Shown: positions 11,800 to 21,887 of the stretch, one piece after another
Position numbering within the stretch: the stretch's first letter is position 1
Layout: each line of letters begins with the position of its first letter
Assembly (NCBI GenBank): GCA_963713975.1
Contig: OY970218.1
Span: forward strand, 3,296,001 to 3,360,000
Direction: 5' to 3'
DNA length: 64,000 nucleotides
DNA from: an uncultured Chloroflexia bacterium
GTDB taxonomy: Bacteria; Chloroflexota; Limnocylindria; Limnocylindrales; CSP1-4
Notes under the pieces: generated by a model
The model's input: only the letters and a program-made list of their open reading frames with translations
What the model was told of the DNA's origin: nothing
Databases searched by the model: none
Made by a program: the position numbers and the translations under genes

Positions 11800-12758
11800 G
11801 CCTTCGACCTCGGGTCGAACGCGTCACGCAATCCATCGCCGACGAAGTTGACCGCGAGGACGGTGATGATGATCGCGAGCCCCGGGAACAGCGGCCACCA
11901 CCAGTTGCCGAGACCGATGAACTGCAACCCGCCCGACAGGATATTGCCCCAGGTGGGCGAGGTTGGATCCACGCCGAACCCGAGGTAGCTCACGAACGCC
12001 TCCGCGATGATGTTGGCCGCGATGATGAGCGACGCCGCCACCACGATCGGGCTGAAGGCGTTGGGCAGGATGTGCCGGAAGATGATCCTGCGGTCCCTGA
12101 CGCCCGCCGCCGTCGCCGCCTCCACGAACTCCCGCTCCCGGATCGAGAGGAACAGGCTCCGTGTCAGGCGGCTGACGCCCATCCAGGACAGCAGGCCGAA
12201 GATGATGATGATCATCGAGACCGTGCCCCGGCCCAGGAAGTTGGCCGCGACCAGGATCACGAACAGGGTCGGCAGGCTGAGCATGACGTCGACCAGGCGC
12301 ATCAGGGCATTGTCGACGACGCCCCCGGCGAATCCGGCGATGGAGCCCACGATCGTGCCGATCAGGACCCCGATGGCCATGCTGGAGAAGCCGATCAGCA
12401 GGGACGTCCGGGCGCCGTTGACGACCAGGGTCAGGACGTCACGCTGGAGGCCGCCGGTCTCGCCCATCGGGTGCTGCAGGGACGGGGGCCGGCCCGCCTG
12501 GACAAACTCGTCCGGCTGCGGGATATCGGTGAAGCTGAAGGGCATCAGCATCGGGCCCACGACCGCCGTGAGCAGCAGCGCGAGGATGATGCCCAGGCCG
12601 ACCAGCGCCAGCTTGTGGCGGCGGAACTTGCGCCAGGCAAGCTGCCACTGGTTGAGGGATTGGAGCCCGACCTCGTAGTCCTCTGCGGCTGACGGATCAG
12701 GATCGACGATCTCGGTGACGTCGATGAGGCTCGAGGGGTGCTGGGGGGTCTGGGTCAT
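11796..12758 (-). CDS. oppC: Peptide ABC transporter permease (OppC family)
   Basis: WRKFRRHKLA N-terminus, EREFVEAATAAG...IIFRHILPN EAA loop, PTWG. Confidence 0.92.
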   Translation of the reverse strand: MTQTPQHPSSLIDVTEIVDPDPSAAEDYEVGLQSLNQWQLAWRKFRRHKLALVGLGIILALLLTAVVGPMLMPFSFTDIPQPDEFVQAGRPPSLQHPMGETGGLQRDVLTLVVNGARTSLLIGFSSMAIGVLIGTIVGSIAGFAGGVVDNALMRLVDVMLSLPTLFVILVAANFLGRGTVSMIIIIFGLLSWMGVSRLTRSLFLSIREREFVEAATAAGVRDRRIIFRHILPNAFSPIVVAASLIIAANIIAEAFVSYLGFGVDPTSPTWGNILSGGLQFIGLGNWWWPLFPGLAIIITVLAVNFVGDGLRDAFDPRSKA

Positions 12759-12766
12759 CGGGGCGC

Positions 12767-13888
12767 TCAGTACTTGATCCGGGGATCGATGACCCCGTAC
12801 ATGATGTCCGCCAGCAGGTTCGCCATCACGACCATGATCGCGGTCACCAGCAGGACGCCCATCAGGATCGGGTAGTCGAACCCGCGGGTGGCGTCGATCG
12901 TCAGCTTCCCCACGCCGGGCCACGAGAAGATCGTCTCGGTCACGATTGCCCCGGTGAACAGGAACGGGATCTCGAGGCCGATGTTCGTGATGACCGGCAG
13001 CAGCGCATTGCGCAGCGCGTGCTTGAAGTTGACGGCGCGCTCATGCAGGCCCTTGGCCTTCGCCGTGCGCACGTAGTCCTGACCCAACGACTCCAGCATG
13101 CTCGCCCGGACGAAGCGGCTGTCGCCCGCGATGTTCACCACCACGAGCGTGATGACCGGCAGGATGAGGTGCTTGCCGATATCCATGATCGCCTCGACCG
13201 GATTGCTGGCGAAGTACGTCCAGTAGGCGTCGCTGCCGAAGGCGGGCGAGATGCGGGTCTCAGTCATGCCGCTGGCCGGGAGGATGTTCAGGCCGGGACC
13301 GCTGAAGAGGAAGATAAGCATCATGCCCAGCCAGAATGTGGGCATGGCAAAGCCCACATAGGCGAACACCGTGGACACGTTGTCGAACAGCGAGTAGCGG
13401 TGGATGGCGGCATACACGCCGATCAGGATGGCGAAGGTGAGCCAGATAACCAGCGCCACCCCGGCCAGGATGATCGTCGGCACGGCGGCCCGTGCGATGC
13501 GGTCCGCCACCGCCTCGCCGGAGTTGATCGAATAGCCGAGATCACCGTGCAGCACGCCGTTCGAGGCGCCGCTCAGGAAGGTCGGCAGGAAGTTGGGGAG
13601 GCCCGTCGGGCCGATGAACGCGGCCGGCACCGGCAGCGAGCCGAGCCAGACGCCCTCGGTGTCGGGGTTGCAGAAGCCCATCCAGCGGCAGTACTGGATC
13701 GGGATCGGCTGGTCGAGGCCCCAGGCCTTGACGAACGCGTCCTTCTGCGTCTGGGTCATGCGGGGGTTGTTCGCGAACTTGGCCTGCGGTCCGCCGGGCG
13801 CCGCCAGCAGGATTCCGTACACGACGACCGTGATCCCGAACAGGACGGGGATCGCCTGGATCAAGCGGCGGATCACGAATTTTGTCAT
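12767..13888 (-). CDS. oppB: Peptide ABC transporter permease (OppB family)
   Basis: GLDQPIPIQY, GDLGYS, DYVRTAKAKGL, TETIFSWPGVG. Confidence 0.92.
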   Translation of the reverse strand: MTKFVIRRLIQAIPVLFGITVVVYGILLAAPGGPQAKFANNPRMTQTQKDAFVKAWGLDQPIPIQYCRWMGFCNPDTEGVWLGSLPVPAAFIGPTGLPNFLPTFLSGASNGVLHGDLGYSINSGEAVADRIARAAVPTIILAGVALVIWLTFAILIGVYAAIHRYSLFDNVSTVFAYVGFAMPTFWLGMMLIFLFSGPGLNILPASGMTETRISPAFGSDAYWTYFASNPVEAIMDIGKHLILPVITLVVVNIAGDSRFVRASMLESLGQDYVRTAKAKGLHERAVNFKHALRNALLPVITNIGLEIPFLFTGAIVTETIFSWPGVGKLTIDATRGFDYPILMGVLLVTAIMVVMANLLADIMYGVIDPRIKY

Positions 13889-14005
13889 CGGCGTCTCGCC
13901 TCAACCCCGAATGCGGCTTGCTGGGTGGACAGAGGGCCGTCTGGGGACGCGCCCGAGGACTGCGCGGAAGGTACACCCACCCGGGCATGCGCTGCCGGAC
14001 AGGAG

Positions 14006-14036
14006 AACGGGGCGCCCGACAGGCGGGCGCCCCGTT
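14006..14036 (-). terminator. Stem-loop after the solute-binding gene
   Basis: 13-bp perfect inverted repeat AACGGGGCGCCCG-acagg-CGGGCGCCCCGTT just downstream of the SBP stop. Confidence 0.6.
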
Positions 14037-14060
14037 TTCAGATGCGGGACTGAGCGGAGC

Positions 14061-15926
14061 TCAGCTCTTGGCGTACCAGTCCTCGCCGTTCCAGGTCGAG
14101 CCGACCTGGGTGCCGTTGGCAAAGAAGTTGCCAGCGGTCGGCGCGGCCAGCTCCACGTTCTTGCGGTAGTAGAGCGGGATCTCGACGGTCTGCTCGACGT
14201 AGACCTTCTGGAAGGTCGCCATCGCGTCCTTGATGAGGCTGAAGTCCACGTTGTTCTTCACGCCGTCAAGGGCCGTGTCGAGGTCCGGGTTGTTGACCTG
14301 GGCGTCGTTGGCGCCCTCGGGCCGGTTCTGGCTGCTGTGATAGCTGAAGTAGTTGCCCAGCGGATCGATCGACGAGCTGAACGCATGCTCGGCAAGGTCG
14401 AAGTTGCTGCGGGCGAGGATGCAGGGGGTATCGACGGTGCCCTCGTTGTAGTCGGCGAAGATCGCCGACGGGTCAACGGCGTTGATCACCGAATCGACGC
14501 CCACGGCCTTCAGCCAGGAACTGACGAGGGCCAGGGTGTCCTGACGGACCTGGCGGGTGGTGGTGCAGAGCTCGATCTTTGCAACGACGCCGTCCTTCTC
14601 GACGATGCCATCGCCATCCGAGTCAGCCCAGCCGCCGTCGGCCAGGATCTGCTTGGCCTTCTCGGGGTCATAGGTCGTCGCGGTCTGGTCCGCATAGAAC
14701 CATGCCGACGGGCTGATGTTGGTGTTCGCGATCTGGGCGTTGCCGCCGAGAAGACGAGTATTGATCTCGTCCTTGTTGATCGCGTAGGCGACGGCCTCGC
14801 GCATGGCCGGGTCGGCCATCGGGCAGCCATTGCCGCGATCGGTGACGGCTGCGTTCTTGGAGCAGCCGCCGGTGCCCTTGGTGGCGTCGACCGCCGTGAT
14901 CGGCGACCAGTTCGGGCGCATGAACTCGTACAGGAGAGCCGGGATGGCGCTGACCTGCTCGCCGAGATCCTGGACCTTCGGGATGTCCGAGTCCTGGAGG
15001 TCGAAGGCAACGTCGATCTCGCCACCGCGGAAGCCCGCGATCATGGCGTCGGGATCGCCGTACCACTTGAAGATGATGCCGTCGAGGTTGGCGGCCTTGC
15101 CGGTGCGCGGGTTCTGGAAGTTGTCGTTGCGGGCGAGCCGGAGCTCGGCCTGCGGGGTGACGGACTCGTACTTGAACGGACCCGGGACCGGCATCTTGGC
15201 GATCTCGTCGGGCCGGAAGCCCGCGCCGTTGACCTGGTCGGCGACCGGGATCGCCCCGAGGTAGTGGCGGGGAAGCGGCGCGATCATGAGGGTCAGGTAG
15301 CCCTCGTAGATCTTGCCGAAGTGCCAGATCATGTCCGTGTCCGAGGCGCACTCGAACTTGGTCACGTCCTCCCAGCCGGCGAGGATCACGCCGACGTTGT
15401 CCGGGCTCGTGACCCACTCGTAGGCGTACAGGAAGTCGTCGCACGTGAGCGGCTCGCCGTCGGACCACTTGAGGCCGTCGCGGATCTTCCAGCTGACGGT
15501 CATCGCGTCGCCGTTCTGGCCGACCGTGACGCCACCGTTGTCGGTGGTCGGGATCGGGTCAGCCGCGAGCTGCGGGATGTACTTGAAGTCGTGGCTGATC
15601 GACAGCAGGCTGTGCCACACGAGCGAGGCGACGTTGGCCTCGGTGACCTGGCCCAGGTAGTACGGGTTGAACTGGGTGGCTTCCTGCCAGTCGCCAATGA
15701 TCGTGGTGCCGCCGGTGGCGACGTCCGTCTCCGGGTTGTAGACCGTCCCGAACAGGTCGACGGTCTCGGCCGGGGCTTCGGTGGCCGGGGCTTCGGTGGC
15801 CGGGGCTTCGGTGGCCGGGGCCACAGTGGCCGGGGCTTCGGTGGCCGGTGCCGGGGTGGTGCTGGTGCCGCCGCAGGCTGCGACCAGAATGGCCGCACCC
15901 GCGAACAGGCCCACCAGTTTTCGCAT
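14061..15926 (-). CDS. oppA: Family 5 peptide ABC solute-binding lipoprotein (OppA/AppA-like)
   Basis: Lipobox VAAC, WKIRDGLKWSDGEPLT, PGPFKY, YDPEKAKQILADGGW. GGAGGAG RBS before ATG 15926. Confidence 0.92.
   Translation of the reverse strand: MRKLVGLFAGAAILVAACGGTSTTPAPATEAPATVAPATEAPATEAPATEAPAETVDLFGTVYNPETDVATGGTTIIGDWQEATQFNPYYLGQVTEANVASLVWHSLLSISHDFKYIPQLAADPIPTTDNGGVTVGQNGDAMTVSWKIRDGLKWSDGEPLTCDDFLYAYEWVTSPDNVGVILAGWEDVTKFECASDTDMIWHFGKIYEGYLTLMIAPLPRHYLGAIPVADQVNGAGFRPDEIAKMPVPGPFKYESVTPQAELRLARNDNFQNPRTGKAANLDGIIFKWYGDPDAMIAGFRGGEIDVAFDLQDSDIPKVQDLGEQVSAIPALLYEFMRPNWSPITAVDATKGTGGCSKNAAVTDRGNGCPMADPAMREAVAYAINKDEINTRLLGGNAQIANTNISPSAWFYADQTATTYDPEKAKQILADGGWADSDGDGIVEKDGVVAKIELCTTTRQVRQDTLALVSSWLKAVGVDSVINAVDPSAIFADYNEGTVDTPCILARSNFDLAEHAFSSSIDPLGNYFSYHSSQNRPEGANDAQVNNPDLDTALDGVKNNVDFSLIKDAMATFQKVYVEQTVEIPLYYRKNVELAAPTAGNFFANGTQVGSTWNGEDWYAKS
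15768..15855 (-). repeat. 15-bp tandem coding repeat (APATE units) in the SBP linker
   Basis: About six copies of GTGGCCGGGGCTTCG (plus strand), some variant. Confidence 0.9.
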
Positions 15927-16076
15927 CAAGGCTCCTCCGAGTTGCGCTAGGGGTTTCCTGGACTCTGCTCCCTTGGCAGGCAGGATGGCCGGGTCTCCCG
16001 GACGGGGGTCCGGGCCACCGGAACCGGGCGTGCGCATGCGCGCACGCCGCGGCGGCCAGCCGGCTGCTCTCTCGCA

Positions 16077-16105
16077 AAGATCGCCTACCGCGATACGAGT
16101 GTCAA
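16077..16105 (-). promoter_or_regulatory. Candidate sigma70 promoter for the second ABC operon
   Basis: Perfect TTGACA (16105-16100), 17-nt spacer, weak -10 GATCTT. Confidence 0.4.
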
Positions 16106-16146
16106 ATCCGCCCCCGGGGCAACTGGGCCGCGACCGGTCCCAGGCC

Positions 16147-16695
16147 CTACTGCGGCTCGAGCTCGCGCGCGGCGGCGTCGCTGGCGGGCACCTCCTTCCA
16201 GGGCCTTGTCAGGCCCTCCGGATAGCGGGGCGGGAGGGACCCGATCGCGACCACGTGGGCCACGTCGGGTCGAGCTGCGAGACGCTGTTCGGCCTCCCTC
16301 CAGGCCATGGTTGTCGCGGGAGGGACGGATGCACCGGCGTCGGTTGGTGCGGGGTCGTGCCGGATGCCAGGCTGGGGAAAGACGAGCATGACGGCCAGGA
16401 CCGCGCCGGTCGCGAGGCTCCCCAGCTGCAGCCGCCATGCCCATGGGCCCCGATGGCGGACCGGAGGGACCGGCGCACGCGTGGCCAATCGGGGAACAGG
16501 GAGCGCCCGGTAGGTCGTTCCGGCGCGGCGGAGCGCCGCGATCGTGAGCGCAAGCTCCGTCAACTCGTGCTCACACGATGGGCAACCGGCCATATGGTCC
16601 AGGGCCTCCGCGGTGGCCGGCCCTCGCTCGCCGCGGTCCACGAGGTCCACGAGCACCGGCCGGTGCCACCGGCAGCCGGTCTTGGGGCCGATCAC
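16147..16695 (-). CDS. Putative zinc-binding (ZAS, zf-HC2) membrane anti-sigma factor
   Basis: C...HMAGCPSC (HxxxCxxC) motif followed by one hydrophobic helix; overlaps the ECF sigma stop (GTGA). Confidence 0.72.
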   Translation of the reverse strand: MIGPKTGCRWHRPVLVDLVDRGERGPATAEALDHMAGCPSCEHELTELALTIAALRRAGTTYRALPVPRLATRAPVPPVRHRGPWAWRLQLGSLATGAVLAVMLVFPQPGIRHDPAPTDAGASVPPATTMAWREAEQRLAARPDVAHVVAIGSLPPRYPEGLTRPWKEVPASDAAARELEPQ

Positions 16696-17408
16696 GGGCC
16701 CGACTCGGCGACGTCCGGCGCCGCGGGGGGCTCGGCGGCCACCTCACCCCACGCGCCGCCGAAGCGGCGGTCCTCGCTCAACCGGCCCCGCAGGTCCCGC
16801 AGCGCGTGGTGGACGCGGCTCTTCACCGTCCCCAGAGGGAGACCGAGCGCGTCGGCGGTCTCCTGGAGCGAGCGGCCCTCCAGGTAGTAGAGGACGACCA
16901 CGGCCCTGTGCTTGGGCGACAGGCCGGCGATCCCCTCGCGCACGATCACGCGGAGCTCCGCCCACTCGGCATTGACGGCCGGGCCGGCGGTCGCATCCTC
17001 GAGCCGGTCGGCCACGAGATCCGTCACCGGCTGGCTGGGCAGGCGCCGGCGGCCCAACCGCGAGTAGCACAGGTTGAGCGCGACCTTGTGCAGCCACGGC
17101 AGGGGCGAGACGTCCTGGTGCAGCCGCCGGCGGTGCAGGTAGGCGCGACCGAAGGTGTCCATGACGACCTCCTCGGAGGCGCCGGGGTCACCGGTCAGCG
17201 AGAGGGCAACCCGGTACACCGACACGCGGTGGCGCTCGAACAGCGCGGCAAAGGCGTCGGCGTCGCCGTCTGCCATGCGGCGCAGCAGATCGGCGTCGAT
17301 CGAGGGCACGCGCGGCCTGGACGTGGTCTCGCTATTGATCTTGGACTCTCCGTGCGCGTCAAGGCTCCGGTTGGACCACGATACCGCTCGGGGCCGCCGC
17401 GGGTTCAT
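16692..17408 (-). CDS. ECF-family RNA polymerase sigma factor
   Basis: Region 2 (AFAALFERH...SEEVVMDTF...WLHKVALN) and region 4 (SLQETADALGLPLGTVKSRVHHA). True start may be GTG 17309. Confidence 0.9.
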   Translation of the reverse strand: MNPRRPRAVSWSNRSLDAHGESKINSETTSRPRVPSIDADLLRRMADGDADAFAALFERHRVSVYRVALSLTGDPGASEEVVMDTFGRAYLHRRRLHQDVSPLPWLHKVALNLCYSRLGRRRLPSQPVTDLVADRLEDATAGPAVNAEWAELRVIVREGIAGLSPKHRAVVVLYYLEGRSLQETADALGLPLGTVKSRVHHALRDLRGRLSEDRRFGGAWGEVAAEPPAAPDVAESGP

Positions 17409-17420
17409 TCGCGCTCCAGG

Positions 17421-18920
17421 TCAGTCGGGACAGGGCGTCTGGGTGCCGGTCATCCCCCGCCAGCGGAGGTTCGGCTGCCTGGCCGCCGTCGCCTCATCGA
17501 GCCGGCGCACCGGGGCGGCGTGTGGGGCCGACTGCACGAGATCCGGGTCCGTGTCGGCCTCGCGGGCGATCTCGATCAGGGCGTCGGCGAAGGCATCGAG
17601 CGTCTCGAGCGACTCCGTCTCGGTGGGCTCGATGAGCATCGCCTCCTCGACCGTGAGCGGGAAGTAGATCGTCGGCGGGTGATAGCCCTTGTCGATCAGC
17701 CGCTTCGCGATGTCCAGCGTGCGCACGCCGGTCCGGCGCTTGATGTCGGCCGCGGAGGCCACGAACTCGTGCTTGCACGCGCGGTCGAAGGGAACCTGGT
17801 AGGTGTCCCGCAGCCGGGCCTTGAGGTAGTTCGCGGCGAGGACCGCGTCGTCGCTCACCTCGCACAGGCCCGACGCACCGTGGGCGCGGAGATAGGCGTA
17901 GGCGCGGACGAGCACGCCGGTGCTGCCCACGAACGAGCGCATCCTCCCGATGGACGTGGGACGCTCCCCGGTCCGTTCCAGGCGGAAGGAGCCGTCGACC
18001 TCGCGGAGCACGCGGGGTGCGGGCAGGAACGGCTCCAGGACCGCGCGGACGCCGACCGGACCCGCGCCCGGGCCGCCACCCCCGTGGGGCGTGCTGAACG
18101 TCTTGTGGACGTTGAAGTGCATGACGTCGAACCCCGCCTCGCCGGGCCGGAAGCGGCCGAGGATGGCGTTGAGGTTTGCCCCGTCCATGTAGGCCAGGGC
18201 GCCCGCGGCGTGGGTCGCCTCGAGCAGCTCGCCGATCCGCCGCTCGAACAGCCCGAGCGTGGATGGGTTGGTGATCATGATCGCGGCCGTCTTCGGGCCC
18301 AGCGCCGCCCTGAAGGCGTCGAGGTCGACGCCACCATCCGGGGCGGACGGGATCGTGATGGTGCGGAAGCCGGCCATCGTCGCGGTCGCCGGGTTGGTGC
18401 CATGGGACGAGTCGGGCACGAGGACCTCGTCCCGGTCCGTGTCGCCGCGTGACCGGTGGTAGGCGCGGATCATCAGGATCCCGGTCAGCTCGCCGTGGGC
18501 GCCCGCCGCGGGCTGGAGCGTGACGGCGTCCATGCCGCTGATCTCGGCAAGCAGCGCCTCAAGCTCGTGCAGGAGCTGGAGCGTGCCCTGCGCCGCAGCA
18601 TCGGGCGCCATCGGGTGGAGGCCGGCAAACCCGGGCAGGCGCGCGGCCCACTCGTTGAGCTTGGGGTTGTACTTCATGGTGCACGAGCCCAGCGGGTAGA
18701 AGCCCGTGTCCACCGAGTAGTTGAGCTGGGACAGGTTGACGTAGTGGCGGACGACCTCGGGCTCCGCGAGCTCGGGCAGGGCCGGGGCCGTGGACCGCAG
18801 TGCGGCGGCCGGGATCCGGTCCAGGGCATGCGCGGGAGGGTGCGGGATCTTGCCGCCTCCCCGGCCGGGCCGGCTGCGCTCGAAGATCGTGGGCTGGAGC
18901 CGCTCGCCGACCACGCTCAC
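17421..18920 (-). CDS. gcvPB: Glycine dehydrogenase (decarboxylating) subunit 2
   Basis: YPLGSCTMKYNP, QPAAGAHGE, PLP-lysine motif HFNVHKTFSTPHGGGGPG, IEPTETES. Confidence 0.97.
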   Translation of the reverse strand: MSVVGERLQPTIFERSRPGRGGGKIPHPPAHALDRIPAAALRSTAPALPELAEPEVVRHYVNLSQLNYSVDTGFYPLGSCTMKYNPKLNEWAARLPGFAGLHPMAPDAAAQGTLQLLHELEALLAEISGMDAVTLQPAAGAHGELTGILMIRAYHRSRGDTDRDEVLVPDSSHGTNPATATMAGFRTITIPSAPDGGVDLDAFRAALGPKTAAIMITNPSTLGLFERRIGELLEATHAAGALAYMDGANLNAILGRFRPGEAGFDVMHFNVHKTFSTPHGGGGPGAGPVGVRAVLEPFLPAPRVLREVDGSFRLERTGERPTSIGRMRSFVGSTGVLVRAYAYLRAHGASGLCEVSDDAVLAANYLKARLRDTYQVPFDRACKHEFVASAADIKRRTGVRTLDIAKRLIDKGYHPPTIYFPLTVEEAMLIEPTETESLETLDAFADALIEIAREADTDPDLVQSAPHAAPVRRLDEATAARQPNLRWRGMTGTQTPCPD

Positions 18921-20302
18921 CGGTCACCTCCCGTCGTGGGGGTCGCCAGCTCCGCCGCGAGCGCGGCGGCGAAGCGATCGATCTCCTCGCCTGTCGTGAC
19001 CTCGGTCGCGCAGACGAGGAGGCCGTCGGCCAGGGCCGGCTCGTCCGGGAGGATCTCCGCCGTGGGTATGCCGGCCAGGATCCCGTGATCCAGGAGCCGG
19101 GCGTGGACCGCCCGGGCATCGGGGACCCGGACCACGAACTCATTGAGGTACGGGCCGTCGTGCATCCGGGGCGCACCGGCCGCGTCGAGTGCCGCCACGA
19201 GCTCGGCCGCCCGTGCGGCACCGTTCGCGGCCACGTCGCGCAGCCCGTGGGGACCGATCGCCGCCAGGTAGATCGACGCCGCCAGTGCGAGCAGCGCCTG
19301 GTTGGTGCAGATGTTGCTGGCAGCCTTCTCGCGCCGGATGTCCTGCTCACGCGCGCGCATGGTCATGACGAAGGCGCGCCTGCCGTCCAGGTCCTGCGTG
19401 AGACCCACGAGACGCCCCGGGATCTGGCGGACGAGGGCGTCGGTACAGGCCACGATCCCGAGATATGGACCGCCGTACTGGAGCGGGATCCCGAGCGGCT
19501 GGCCTTCACCCGCAGCGATGTCGGCACCGTACTCCCCGGGCGGCGCCAGCACGGCGAGCGACACCGGCTCGATCACGCTCACGAACAGGGCACCGGCCGC
19601 ATGCGCGAGGCCGCCGATCTCTGGCATCGCCTCGAGGAGGCCCAGCACGTTGGGCTGGGCTGCGACCACGCCCGCCACTGGCCGGTCAGCCTCAAGCAGC
19701 ATCCGCTGGAGCGACTCCAGGTCCGTCGTACCGGCCAGCCGCCCGCCGGCGACCAGGGGCACCTCATCCACGGTGAGGCCGGCGCCTTCGGCATACGTCT
19801 CGAGCACCTGCCGGTAGTGCGGGTGAACCGCCCGGGACACGAGGATCCGCTCCCGCCGAGTTGCCCGGCAGGTCATCAGGGCAGCCTCGGCGGTCGCCGC
19901 CCCGCCGTCGTAGTGGGAGGCGGAGACCACGTCCAGGCCGGTCAGCGTCGCGAGCAGGCTCTGGTATTCGTAGATGCTCTGGAGCGTGCCCTGGGACACC
20001 TCCGGCTGGTAAGGCGTGTAGGCCGTGTACCACTCGCCGCGGAGCAGCATCTGGTCGACGGCGGCAGGCGTCCAGTGGCGGTAGGCGCCGGCGCCCAGGA
20101 AGGAGGCGAGGTCCACCCGGTTGCGCCCGGCCAGTGCCTGGAGGCGGGCCGCCAGGAGCAGCTCCGGCTCGGGCTCGTCCAGGTCCAGGGGTCCTGCCCG
20201 CAGGGCCTCGGGGATGTCCTCGAACAGCTCGTCAACGGTGGCGATCCCGATCGCCTCGAGCATCCGCGCCCGATCGTCGGCCGCGTGCGGGCCGTACGGC
20301 AT
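18917..20302 (-). CDS. gcvPA: Glycine dehydrogenase (decarboxylating) subunit 1
   Basis: FLGAGAY, YTPYQPEVSQGTLQ, REQDIRREKAASNICTNQAL. Confidence 0.97.
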   Translation of the reverse strand: MPYGPHAADDRARMLEAIGIATVDELFEDIPEALRAGPLDLDEPEPELLLAARLQALAGRNRVDLASFLGAGAYRHWTPAAVDQMLLRGEWYTAYTPYQPEVSQGTLQSIYEYQSLLATLTGLDVVSASHYDGGAATAEAALMTCRATRRERILVSRAVHPHYRQVLETYAEGAGLTVDEVPLVAGGRLAGTTDLESLQRMLLEADRPVAGVVAAQPNVLGLLEAMPEIGGLAHAAGALFVSVIEPVSLAVLAPPGEYGADIAAGEGQPLGIPLQYGGPYLGIVACTDALVRQIPGRLVGLTQDLDGRRAFVMTMRAREQDIRREKAASNICTNQALLALAASIYLAAIGPHGLRDVAANGAARAAELVAALDAAGAPRMHDGPYLNEFVVRVPDARAVHARLLDHGILAGIPTAEILPDEPALADGLLVCATEVTTGEEIDRFAAALAAELATPTTGGDR

Positions 20303-20305
20303 CGA

Positions 20306-20686
20306 TCAGCCCTCGGAGACGAGCTGCTCGTATGCATTGGCGTCGAGGAGCCCATCGACCTCGGACGCGTCGGCCGGGCTCAGCCGGAGCATCCAGCCCT
20401 CGCCGTACGGATCGCTGTTGACCAGCTCCGGTCGGTCGGCGAGCGCCTCGTTGGTGGCCTTGACCTCACCAGCCAGGGGGGCGAACAGGTCGCTCACGGC
20501 CTTGACCGACTCGACGACCCCGAAGGTCGCGTTGCTTTCCAGCGATCGGCCGGTGGCGGGCAGCTCGACGAACACGATGTCGCCCAGCTGGTCGGCGGCG
20601 AACTGGGTGATGCCCACGACGGCCTCGTCGCCGTCCATGCGGACCCACTCGTGCTCCTTGGTATAGCGCAGGTCGCCGGGGACCAT
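20306..20686 (-). CDS. gcvH: Glycine cleavage system H protein
   Basis: YTKEHEW, GITQFAADQLGDIVFVELP, lipoyl motif VESVKAVSD, NSDPYGEGW. Confidence 0.97.
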   Translation of the reverse strand: MVPGDLRYTKEHEWVRMDGDEAVVGITQFAADQLGDIVFVELPATGRSLESNATFGVVESVKAVSDLFAPLAGEVKATNEALADRPELVNSDPYGEGWMLRLSPADASEVDGLLDANAYEQLVSEG

Positions 20687-20774
20687 CAGGACGGTACCTC
20701 CGATAGCGCGCCGCCCCGGCGGGGAGCGACGCAGGCGCGGTGCAATTGCGGTGGTGCGGAGATGGCGCCGGACG

Positions 20775-21887
20775 TCAGGCGGGCCGCTGGTAGAACGGGA
20801 GCTGGACGACCTCGGCGGCCACCCGGGCGCCGCGGATCTCGACGTCGAGCATCGTACCGGGTTCGCCATTGCCGGGTGTGACGTACGCCATCGCGATGGC
20901 GGTACCGAGGGTCGGCGACATCGTCCCCGACGTTACCGTGCCGATGGGTCCGCTCGCATCGAGGACCGGGTAGCCGTGTCGCGCGATCCCTCGCCCCCTC
21001 AGGGCCAGGCCCACCAGCCTGCGGGCCACGCCGTCCCGGGCGATCCTGTCCAGCGCGGACCGGCCGGTGAACTCACCCGGCTTGGCCAGCTTGACCACAC
21101 GACCCAGGCCGGCCTCGTAGGGATTCGTGGTGAGGTCGAGCTCGTTGCCGTAGAGCGGCATCCCGGCCTCCAGCCGCAAGGTGTCGCGGGCGCCGAGGCC
21201 CACGGGCACGAGGCCGTGCGGCCGGCCGGCGTCGAGCACCGTGTCCCAGGCATCGCCGGCCTGCTTCTCGTCGAGGAACAGCTCGAATCCATCCTCCCCG
21301 GTGTAGCCCGTTCGGGCGATCAGCGCCGGGGTCCCGGCGACATGTCCCTCGACGATCCCGTAGTACCGGATCGAGGCGAGGTCGACGTCCGTCAGTGGCT
21401 GCAGGATGTCGACGGAGCGCGGGCCCTGCACCGCGACCAGGCCGGTCGCCAGGCTGGTGTCATCCAGCACCGCCCCAAAGCCATCCAGCCGCTCGATGAG
21501 GGCGTCGGAGACCACCGCGGCGTTGGAGGCGTTGGCCACGACCATGAACCGGTCCTCGGCCAGGCGGTACACGATCAGGTCGTCCAGGATCCCGCCGTCG
21601 GGGGCGCAGATCATCGAGTAGTGTGCGCGTCCCACGGCGAGCGAGGGCGGATCGGTCACAAGCGCAGCGGCGAGGGACTTGCCGGCGTCCGGACCCTCCA
21701 CGACCAGCTCGCCCATGTGGGAGAGGTCGAACAGGCCGGCGGCCGAGCGAACGGCGCGGTGCTCCTCGAGGATGCCCGCGTAGGAGATCGGCATGAGCCA
21801 GCCCGCGAACTCGACGATCCTGGCCCCGAGCGCCACGTGGCGGTCCAGGAGCGGCGTCGGGATCGGCCCGGGCTGTGTTCCCGTCAT
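20775..21887 (-). CDS. gcvT: Glycine cleavage system aminomethyltransferase T
   Basis: FAGWLMP, GLFDLSHMGE, RTGYTGEDGFE, GLGARDTLRLEAG. ATGA overlap with the NUDIX stop. Confidence 0.97.
   Translation of the reverse strand: MTGTQPGPIPTPLLDRHVALGARIVEFAGWLMPISYAGILEEHRAVRSAAGLFDLSHMGELVVEGPDAGKSLAAALVTDPPSLAVGRAHYSMICAPDGGILDDLIVYRLAEDRFMVVANASNAAVVSDALIERLDGFGAVLDDTSLATGLVAVQGPRSVDILQPLTDVDLASIRYYGIVEGHVAGTPALIARTGYTGEDGFELFLDEKQAGDAWDTVLDAGRPHGLVPVGLGARDTLRLEAGMPLYGNELDLTTNPYEAGLGRVVKLAKPGEFTGRSALDRIARDGVARRLVGLALRGRGIARHGYPVLDASGPIGTVTSGTMSPTLGTAIAMAYVTPGNGEPGTMLDVEIRGARVAAEVVQLPFYQRPA

Noticed and set aside
15768-15855. 15-bp tandem repeat as a possible phase-variation locus
   Set aside because: The unit is a multiple of 3 and encodes an ordinary flexible lipoprotein linker.
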